A stretch of 64,000 nucleotides of DNA, taken from positions 16,342 to 80,341 of the forward strand of contig CAILNN010000007.1 in assembly GCA_903835555.1 (NCBI GenBank), given 5' to 3'. The DNA comes from an uncultured Verrucomicrobiota bacterium. GTDB lineage: Bacteria; Verrucomicrobiota; Verrucomicrobiia; Limisphaerales; UBA9464. Positions 28,334-36,332 of this stretch are shown here, one piece after another. Made by a program: the position numbers and the translations under genes. Position 1 is the stretch's first letter, and each line of letters starts with the position of its first letter. The notes beneath the pieces were generated by a model. The model was not told where the DNA came from. It worked only from the letters and a program-made list of their open reading frames with translations, and made no database searches.

Positions 28334-30687
28334 ATCCTGACGCCTCTGATCCGCGGTACTGGAAGCGGCTATACTCTTATACAGCCGGACTGGGGACCGT
28401 GCTGAGTTTCGTGTTGGCCTTGGCGCTAATGCTTGCGGCTCCGCAAGTTCTTGCACTCACGGGAGTGGGTGGTTTGCCAATCACCTGGACCCAGCTCTGC
28501 GGCGAGCTGTTGACTTTGATCAGCATCTTCTACCTGCCTCCGCTTTTGAACATTGACCGATACCGCCCCCACGGTTGGATCGCTGCGGTCATCGCACGCG
28601 GGACCACCGGTTTACTCTGTTGCATAGCTGTCCTGATTGGAGGGGCTCCGCGCTTGTTTCTCGCCTGGGGTTTGGTTGAATTTGTATTCGGTTTCGCCCA
28701 GATTTATCTGCTCCGTCGGCTAGAAGGGGCAGAAAATGGCCGGGGAAATCGTCCAGGAAGCGAGTGGAACGGCGGAGCGCGACCAAGCTGGAACCCCGAA
28801 GTCCCCCGTGCGGTAGATGCTATTCGGGTCAGGTGCTGGAAAAGAGCGTATCATTGGGTTGCCTGGATTGGCATCGGAGCAAACATGATTTTTGTCCTCC
28901 CTCTGGTGTTTTTTCCCCAGTGGATGCTCCGCATGCTCGGCGTGCCATCCGAGCCCGTGATTTGGGCTCAGTTGGCGGGACTTTTCCTCGGTTTGGTCAG
29001 TGTATTCTATATTCCGGCCATTGGTGATGTTGACAAATACCGGCTATTCGCTTGGTTGGCTATTTTCCCCTCCCGCACGGCGGGATTCACTTTTTGCACG
29101 ATTGCCGTGGTGAGTCTTGGTGCCAATGAGGCTTTCCTCCTTGGGGTGCTGTTGGATCTGCCGTTCGCCTTTCTTCAGACGATTATCCTTTCCCGCTTGA
29201 ATGTCGCGGAGCGGGCATTTGGTACGGCACCGAAACGACCTGCCTGGCGACCTTGGTTGAGACCTATCGCGGCTCTTGCGGTTGCCGTTGCCATTCTAGG
29301 AACAATCGGATGGCACAAACTGATTCGGGAATATCCACAAGCCCTGGCGAATGATTCGGTGGAGGAATACTTTAAGCACGGTTCTATCGGTGCCGAGGAC
29401 GCGCAAGGTCTGCCCTACTGGCTTTGGGTCTCGCTTCCAGCCGCCTTTCCGGAATACCTGCCAAAACCTGGGGGTTATGCCGCTCTCGGCTTTATCTGGG
29501 AACCGGGATCTGAAATGCCCGTTGGATTTACGCGCAAGCGAATCGGCTTCGATCGGGTGGGGATTAATTGTGCCCTATGTCACGCCGGTTCGGTACAGAT
29601 TCCAGGGGAAGCCCTCCCCCGCTGTTACCTGGGTGCGCCGGCCAATACGGCCAATATACTCGGATACCAACGGTTCCTGTTCGCCTGTGCCAAGGACCCT
29701 CGATTTAATGGAGCAACGTTGATGCCGATCATCGCACGTCAGGTCCGCTTGTCGTTGGCGGACCAGGCGCTCTATCGCGGGCTGCTAATTCCTGCCACAC
29801 GAAAAGCGCTCCTTCAGCAGGCCGCGGATTGGGATTGGACCAACGATCCCAAGAGACCCGAGTGGGGACCGGGTCGAATCGAACCCTTTAATCCGGTAAA
29901 AGTAGCCATTCTCCACGGTGTCGATCCCAAGGTTACCGTCGGAGAAACCCTTGGCACCTCGGACATGGAGCCCCTTTGGAGCCTGGGCACACATCCTGGA
30001 CGAGCCTTTCATTGGGATGGATTAAATACCGATCTCCGCGAAGTGGTGGATAGCTCTGCTCTGGGTGATGGAGCCACGCCGACATCCATTCCCCGCCCCC
30101 GTCTGCGGGAACTGGAGGTTTGGATTCGCAATAACCCGGCTCCCAAGTTTCCCTTTCCCGAGCCGGTGGACACCAACCTGGTCGCGCGGGGAGCGGGAAT
30201 CTATCGCGCCCAGTGTGCACGCTGTCATGCCGCCGATGGCGATCTTCTCGGACGGGTCACACCCGCTACAGAAATCGGCACCGATGATAACCGCGCCAAA
30301 ATGTGGACGCCCGAGGCAGCAACAGCCTACAACGGCTATCTGGATGGAAAATCATGGGTATTTTCTCACTTTAGGTCCACCGGAGGCTACGTCAATGTGC
30401 CCCTGGATGGACTGTGGCTCCGGGCACCCTACCTTCATAACGGATCAGTGCCGACGCTCAGCGATATCCTGAAACCGGTAGCCGAAAGACCCACCATATT
30501 CTGGCGCGGGCTGAACGACTACGATCCCAAGGCGGTGGGTTATGTCACCGATGGCCCCGCCGCACAATCCAAAGGGTTCCGATATGACACATCCCTTCGA
30601 GGCAACGGCAACCAGGGTCACACGTACGGGACCACCCTACCGCAGTCAGACAAGGCAGCGTTGCTGGAATACCTCAAGCAATTATGA
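28330..30687 (+). CDS. Di-haem CCP/MauG/RoxA-like protein, paralogue 2, fused to a duplicated 4-TM N-terminal domain
   Basis: An ATGA overlap joins it to paralogue 1. It has about 330 aa of N-terminal TM region, CALCH (29569-29583), CARCH (30214-30228) and APYLHNGSVPTLSDIL. It ends LLEYLKQL, compared with LIEYLKTL in paralogue 1. Confidence 0.7.
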   Translation: MNPDASDPRYWKRLYSYTAGLGTVLSFVLALALMLAAPQVLALTGVGGLPITWTQLCGELLTLISIFYLPPLLNIDRYRPHGWIAAVIARGTTGLLCCIAVLIGGAPRLFLAWGLVEFVFGFAQIYLLRRLEGAENGRGNRPGSEWNGGARPSWNPEVPRAVDAIRVRCWKRAYHWVAWIGIGANMIFVLPLVFFPQWMLRMLGVPSEPVIWAQLAGLFLGLVSVFYIPAIGDVDKYRLFAWLAIFPSRTAGFTFCTIAVVSLGANEAFLLGVLLDLPFAFLQTIILSRLNVAERAFGTAPKRPAWRPWLRPIAALAVAVAILGTIGWHKLIREYPQALANDSVEEYFKHGSIGAEDAQGLPYWLWVSLPAAFPEYLPKPGGYAALGFIWEPGSEMPVGFTRKRIGFDRVGINCALCHAGSVQIPGEALPRCYLGAPANTANILGYQRFLFACAKDPRFNGATLMPIIARQVRLSLADQALYRGLLIPATRKALLQQAADWDWTNDPKRPEWGPGRIEPFNPVKVAILHGVDPKVTVGETLGTSDMEPLWSLGTHPGRAFHWDGLNTDLREVVDSSALGDGATPTSIPRPRLRELEVWIRNNPAPKFPFPEPVDTNLVARGAGIYRAQCARCHAADGDLLGRVTPATEIGTDDNRAKMWTPEAATAYNGYLDGKSWVFSHFRSTGGYVNVPLDGLWLRAPYLHNGSVPTLSDILKPVAERPTIFWRGLNDYDPKAVGYVTDGPAAQSKGFRYDTSLRGNGNQGHTYGTTLPQSDKAALLEYLKQL

Positions 30688-30724
30688 TCTACCGGAGTCG
30701 TCCGTTATTCCCAGTTTTCCGCCC

Positions 30725-33700
30725 ATGAACTTAAACAAGCGAGAATTGAATTACGCACCCACGCCCGGGAGATGTCTGGTTGCTCTGGGACTCCTCCTTC
30801 TCCTCTTACCCGGGCTGCCGATCGTTGGGCAAACGACAAACGATTCTAGCTATAAATTCAACGTTCCCGATCGATTTGCCAACCAACCAATCGATGCTGC
30901 CCACCCGGTCGATGCTGGCTCGACCAATCATACCATCAATGATTTTCCGCCTGAGCCGAAAGATGTCTTCCATTTGATGGACCAAGTCGCGGATTCCAAT
31001 GAGGATCTTCACCCGATTGACTTTGGAGTGGCCAACGGGGTAATAGACCCGAGCAGCAAGGGCCAGAAGGCGATTTATGGACGCAACACCTGGCTTTTGT
31101 GGTGCGGCGGGAATGAGGACTTCTGGGATTGGTTATCCCAAGATGCGTATGGAGTTCTCGACTTCCTCAAGATGATCGATAGCCGCAAGCGGGAATCCCG
31201 ATTTCGAGATTTGGGTCTAATCAACCAACCAGGGATGAAGGCATCCACGAAGCCGGGGCCCTATGGGCTATATTTGGATACGGTCGAACGGCGCATCGGA
31301 GAGGAAGGGGGATATTCACCCTATTCGACCAAATTAGTGCCAGGCAGGACCGGACCGGAAGGTCTTGAGAGTGATGGGGTAAATCCCGCCGTTTATGGCT
31401 ATCCTAGCGGGATCATCGGGCTTCGGTTGTTTCCCAATCCCAAGTTTGATGAAGCCGCCCGCCGCCGCTGGAATCCCGAGGCTTTTTACAATGACCCGGT
31501 TTATTCCAAGGACCCGCGGACCGTTCGTCCGTTTCTAGTGGGAATGAGCTGTGCCCTCTGTCACGTGGCCATTCATCCGCTGAATCCACCGGTAAATCCC
31601 GAAGAACCATTATGGGCGAATCTTTCGTCAATCATCGGCAATCAATACTTTCGGACGAGTTCCGCATTCGGTTCGCCGGTCGAGCGAGGCAACTTTCTTT
31701 GGTATTATTTGGCAGCACAGCAACCAGGGACCATCGACACATCGATGGTGACCACTGATCACATCAACAATGCGAACGCCATGAATCCGGTGTTCGAATT
31801 GCCCGCCCGCATAGACCGGGCACTCCTTAATCCGGCGGAGGACCAAGGAGCACCCGCACGAACCTTTCCTGGCTCTGGCGATGGCGTCCGAAAGGTGCCG
31901 CGCGTATTGATGGAGGGAGCCGATTCGGTGGGCGTATTCGGGGCTCTGGCACGTGTGTTCCTAAATATCGGATTATTCCATGACGAATGGAACCTCTGTA
32001 GTAATCCAGTTATTGGTTTTGTGGGACAGAGGCCCTTCTCCATTGACGTCTGCCGTCGGAATTCCGTCTATTGGCGGGTCAACGAAAACTTCCGAGTCGG
32101 TTATCTTGCTGAATTCTTTCTTTGGGATAACCGAACCAACGTTGCCCCCGGTAAGTCAAAAGGAAAACGAATCCAGGCATCGACGGCGGGAATGCACTTG
32201 GACCAAGCCCGAGCTCCCCAATGCAGCATCGAATTGAAGCTCCTCGGGGTCGGCGAAAAGCCAACCCCAAAACCAGGTCGCCTTCTTTATGCGTTGGGAA
32301 AAGATGTCAATGGCCATCTGAAGGTGACCATATACGACGCAAATGGCCAGTTCGCTGTCGAAAAGGACGAAACCGGTGTCACCGGCAAGGATAGCCAGTG
32401 GGAAGCACTGCGAACGGCCACAGCGCATTATTCAACTGCCGACGCCATATCTGATGACCATAAAGCCGAGATTTTGGAGACGGTGTCCTCCTTGGTTGAG
32501 TATTCCCCTAAATTCATTAGTTTGCCGGAAAACAAGCACCATTGGGACCCGGACCGCGCTCTCGATGGCAGTCGGGTGTTTGTTCGAAATTGCATGATTT
32601 GCCATTCCAGCAAACAACCGGTGGGTTTCAACCTGACCTTTTCACAAAAACCTCCTGGAGGGGCCCAGACGTGGGATAAGGCACCGGAAAATCCGGATTC
32701 CCTGTGCCTGCCCTACAACTGGCAGGATTGGGAAATCTTCAAGAAAAGTCCATCTTATAAGGCGTATGTTGATGCAGCAATGACCTTGAGCGGGGCCGGC
32801 AATGCCGCCAAAGTCAAAGAGTTTATCGCGGAGAATTTCCTGTCCACCGATCTTCGTATTCCCGTCACTTTGGTGGGTACCTGCGCTGCCCGAGCATTGG
32901 CGACCAACGGAAAAGAAGGACAGGTTTGGGCGGAATATTCGTCGACGACCTACAAGCAACTGCCATCGGTTGGATTGATTCCCTACTACGATCCGTTTTC
33001 TCACACCACGAATTTCTACAAGGCACCTGGGAATGGTCCTGGTTTTTATCGTCCGGCTTCATTGGTTGGGGTCTGGGCGACAGCCCCATTACTGCATAAC
33101 AATTCATTGGGTTTCTACCTACCGGATTGGGACGAAGCCCGTCGCGTTTCGGTCGAAGGCCGTCTGGCGATGTTTGACGATGCGATCAATAAGTTGCTTT
33201 GGAAGTCCAAGCGTGAACTCAGCCCAAGCGGTGAGGCAGGTCTCCGCGACCCGTCCCCATCGGTCTGGCACGGAAAGGATCCGGGATGGATTTTTCGAAC
33301 TGATATGGAGACCGAGTTGCGCATCCCTCGCGGCCATATCCGCCATTTGATTGTAGGTACACTGCCGGGACTTGTGTATCGACCGCTGGTGCCGCTGGTT
33401 CTAGGAGCCCTCGATTATCCATGGGCACCTCCCTTGCTGTTGGGTGTTTTCAGTCTTGGGATTAGAATATGGAATCGACGATTCTACTTCTATCTGTTGG
33501 TTACTGAGGGGGCAGTGTTGCTTGCCGTCCTCTGGCTGACCGGCCTGGGATATCTGCTACCTTGGGTCATCTGGATTCCGCCACTGACTTTAATTGTCGG
33601 CGGATGGCTTTGGGTTGATTCCGCCCCGTCCACAAGCGCAAATGCTTCATCGCAAACAAAGCCCGTACCAAGCTGGGAGATTTGGGCGAAGACCTTCGTG

Positions 33701-34117
33701 CGTTGGTCAGCCATTGTAAGCAAAGGACTGATTTTGGTCGGTTTGTTCGCGGCTCTCTGGGTTGGGCGGACTTTTGTGAACGGTCAAATCTGTGATTTGG
33801 TGGTCGGTCCTTTTCCCAAGGGGGTTCCGGTCAATGCGTTGATGAATCTTGACCCGGACTCGCCATTTCTAGACCGACTGGGTGCTCTCCGGGGAATCAT
33901 GTCAACCATCGGAAAGCTGCGTGCAGACGATCTCCGTCCCAAGGAAAAGCGGTTCACCGACGAACAGCGTCTCGCCATCTTCGAAGCAGAGGCAGGTCCG
34001 GCGCTGATGAAGGTGAGCAAATGTCCAGACTTCATCATGGACCGTGGCCACTATTTTGGCGAGGCATTGTCGGATGCGGATAAAGTCGATTTGATTGCCT
34101 TCCTGAAAACCCTCTGA
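30725..34117 (+). CDS. Di-haem CCP/MauG/RoxA-like protein, paralogue 3 (expanded, with C-terminal TM insert)
   Basis: Start chosen at MNLNKRELNY... (signal peptide). It has CALCH (31550-31564), CMICH (32591-32605) and VWATAPLLHNNS, with TM helices at about 33380-33770. It ends LIAFLKTL. Confidence 0.65.
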   Translation: MNLNKRELNYAPTPGRCLVALGLLLLLLPGLPIVGQTTNDSSYKFNVPDRFANQPIDAAHPVDAGSTNHTINDFPPEPKDVFHLMDQVADSNEDLHPIDFGVANGVIDPSSKGQKAIYGRNTWLLWCGGNEDFWDWLSQDAYGVLDFLKMIDSRKRESRFRDLGLINQPGMKASTKPGPYGLYLDTVERRIGEEGGYSPYSTKLVPGRTGPEGLESDGVNPAVYGYPSGIIGLRLFPNPKFDEAARRRWNPEAFYNDPVYSKDPRTVRPFLVGMSCALCHVAIHPLNPPVNPEEPLWANLSSIIGNQYFRTSSAFGSPVERGNFLWYYLAAQQPGTIDTSMVTTDHINNANAMNPVFELPARIDRALLNPAEDQGAPARTFPGSGDGVRKVPRVLMEGADSVGVFGALARVFLNIGLFHDEWNLCSNPVIGFVGQRPFSIDVCRRNSVYWRVNENFRVGYLAEFFLWDNRTNVAPGKSKGKRIQASTAGMHLDQARAPQCSIELKLLGVGEKPTPKPGRLLYALGKDVNGHLKVTIYDANGQFAVEKDETGVTGKDSQWEALRTATAHYSTADAISDDHKAEILETVSSLVEYSPKFISLPENKHHWDPDRALDGSRVFVRNCMICHSSKQPVGFNLTFSQKPPGGAQTWDKAPENPDSLCLPYNWQDWEIFKKSPSYKAYVDAAMTLSGAGNAAKVKEFIAENFLSTDLRIPVTLVGTCAARALATNGKEGQVWAEYSSTTYKQLPSVGLIPYYDPFSHTTNFYKAPGNGPGFYRPASLVGVWATAPLLHNNSLGFYLPDWDEARRVSVEGRLAMFDDAINKLLWKSKRELSPSGEAGLRDPSPSVWHGKDPGWIFRTDMETELRIPRGHIRHLIVGTLPGLVYRPLVPLVLGALDYPWAPPLLLGVFSLGIRIWNRRFYFYLLVTEGAVLLAVLWLTGLGYLLPWVIWIPPLTLIVGGWLWVDSAPSTSANASSQTKPVPSWEIWAKTFVRWSAIVSKGLILVGLFAALWVGRTFVNGQICDLVVGPFPKGVPVNALMNLDPDSPFLDRLGALRGIMSTIGKLRADDLRPKEKRFTDEQRLAIFEAEAGPALMKVSKCPDFIMDRGHYFGEALSDADKVDLIAFLKTL

Positions 34118-34121
34118 ATTC

Positions 34122-36332
34122 ATGGCTCCCCTTGGAACAAGCCACGGTGCCGAACCCAGTGGTTTCGATGGCATACCACTGGGGAGCCTGGAGGCCGATT
34201 CAACCGACATCGACTATATCATCGTCGGTTCGGGCCCAGGTGGCTCGCCATTGGCCTGCAGGTTGGCACAGGCGGGAATGCGGGTGCTCGTTCTCGAAGC
34301 CGGCCTCGATTCTGGCCCCAAACTGCTTTCTCCGCACCTGTCGCCTAATGTTGCCGAACAAGTTCAGCATCAATCTGAGAACGAGGCTCTGCTCTATAGC
34401 TGTCCGGGATTGCATGCCGCTTCGACCGAGGCTCACTTATACCCCGACGCCCAGGCCAAACCGTCCTGTTGGGGGTTCTCGGTTCGCCATTACTCCCAAC
34501 CTGAATCCATCCCTGCTCCATCAACGACCTATTATTATCCCCGGGCCTCGGCAGTCGGCGGATGTTCCACTCACCATGCGCTGATTTCGATTTATGGTTT
34601 GGATGCCGATTGGGACGAGATTGCGTCAATGACCGGCGATGGTTCCTGGTCATCGTCCAAAATGCGGTCCATTTATCGCCGAATTGAGCGACTAAGTTAC
34701 GGCAATTCGATAACCCGAATTGGTCGCTGGTGGAACCGATTTTTGGACTGGGTTAATCCCGGTCGGAATGCGCCGGGCGAGCGTGGTGAAGATGGCTGGC
34801 TGGACGTCACCATTAGCAAGCCCGATCTGGCCCTCAAGGACCCTCAATTATCCCGCCTCATCACGACTGCATTCCTCAACGAAACCGACCTATCCACACC
34901 TGAAAAAACGTGGCGTTGGTTGAAGCAATTGTTACTCGGTCAATTTTATCGCGATATTGACCTGAACGATGCCGTACGGATGCGGAATAATCCCGAGGGG
35001 ATTGCCCTGATTCCGATTGCAGTGGCTCCCGGTGGTACGCGACGCGGACCCAGGGAGTTCCTGCTGGAGACCCGCCAACAACTGAAAGAAGCCGTCGAGC
35101 ATGAAGTCAAATCCACCATTCCCACCGGGAGCATTCAGATTGCAACCGGCATATTTGTCCTCCGCGTCATAATGAAAGAGTCAGAAGAAGGCGGCCCTCC
35201 GCGGGCAATCGGGGTGGAATTCTTGCGGGGACATCAGCTTTATTCTGCGAGTTTGCCGTCGGTCCAGGCAACCGACCGGCGTCCTGAACGGTGCTTTTGC
35301 CGCCGGGAGGTAATCCTATCCGCCGGAGCGTTCAATACACCGCAGATTCTCATGCTCAGTGGGATTGGCGATCCAAAGCATTTGGAAGAAATGTTAAACC
35401 AAACGACACCTTTGACGCACGCGCGGCCTCCTATACGGGTGGCTCTCCCCGGTGTTGGGGCAAACCTGATGGATAGGTACGAGATCAGTGTGGTCAGCGT
35501 GTTGAAGGAAGGGTTTTCACTCTTGAATGGCGCAAAATTCCAACCGAATGTTAAGGACAAAGAGGACATTGGCCTTCAGAATTGGCTGGATGTAGAAAAA
35601 ACGGGGAATCGAGACGGAGTTTACACCAGCAACGGGGCCGTGATGGCCATTCTCAAACGGTCGAACCCAAAGCTCAGGAAGCCCGACCTCTTTTTTCTCG
35701 GATTTCCCGCCGCTTTTCGGGGGTATTATCCAGGATGGTCGAAAGACCTTCTCCGACTTGATCCTAAGGAACCCGCAGCCCCGCTAAATCGAAATCTCTG
35801 GAGTTGGACGATTTTAAAGGCGTATTCCAGCAATCGCGGGCACGTTCGCCTGCGCTCTCCAGACCCCCTCCAGGCACCGGATATTCACTTTTGCTACTTC
35901 GACGACAAGCCGGAACAATATGTTGGCCCGCATGCAAATCGAAATGCGGACTTGGACGCCTTGGTTGAGGCTGTTGCCCTCGCGCGACGGCTCAATCATG
36001 GAGCCAAAGCGTTGGTTCACTCCGAACTCCACCCCGGCGCGGAAAAAAAAGACAAATCGGACGACTTGCGTCGCTGGATTGTCGGCCAAACCTGGGGACA
36101 CCATGCCTGCGGTACCTGTCGAATTGGCGCGGACGCATGGCGGTCGAACCCAGCAGAACTCAACGATCGTGGGGCGGTCTTGGACAGCCATTTTCGCGTG
36201 CACGGTGTCGAGGGGCTACGAGTGGTCGACGCATCTGTTTTTCCAAATATACCAGGATATTTTATTGCCACGTCCGTTTATATGGTCAGCGAAAAGGCGG
36301 CGGAGACCATCCTCAATGAACTATCCCTTTGA
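34122..36332 (+). CDS. GMC-family FAD oxidoreductase (unusually long, 736 aa)
   Basis: It has DYIIVGSGPGGSPLACRLAQAGMRVLVLEAG (the FAD fingerprint) and C-terminal GHHACGTCRIG and VVDASVFPNIPG motifs. It starts 4 nt after paralogue 3. Confidence 0.85.
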   Translation: MAPLGTSHGAEPSGFDGIPLGSLEADSTDIDYIIVGSGPGGSPLACRLAQAGMRVLVLEAGLDSGPKLLSPHLSPNVAEQVQHQSENEALLYSCPGLHAASTEAHLYPDAQAKPSCWGFSVRHYSQPESIPAPSTTYYYPRASAVGGCSTHHALISIYGLDADWDEIASMTGDGSWSSSKMRSIYRRIERLSYGNSITRIGRWWNRFLDWVNPGRNAPGERGEDGWLDVTISKPDLALKDPQLSRLITTAFLNETDLSTPEKTWRWLKQLLLGQFYRDIDLNDAVRMRNNPEGIALIPIAVAPGGTRRGPREFLLETRQQLKEAVEHEVKSTIPTGSIQIATGIFVLRVIMKESEEGGPPRAIGVEFLRGHQLYSASLPSVQATDRRPERCFCRREVILSAGAFNTPQILMLSGIGDPKHLEEMLNQTTPLTHARPPIRVALPGVGANLMDRYEISVVSVLKEGFSLLNGAKFQPNVKDKEDIGLQNWLDVEKTGNRDGVYTSNGAVMAILKRSNPKLRKPDLFFLGFPAAFRGYYPGWSKDLLRLDPKEPAAPLNRNLWSWTILKAYSSNRGHVRLRSPDPLQAPDIHFCYFDDKPEQYVGPHANRNADLDALVEAVALARRLNHGAKALVHSELHPGAEKKDKSDDLRRWIVGQTWGHHACGTCRIGADAWRSNPAELNDRGAVLDSHFRVHGVEGLRVVDASVFPNIPGYFIATSVYMVSEKAAETILNELSL

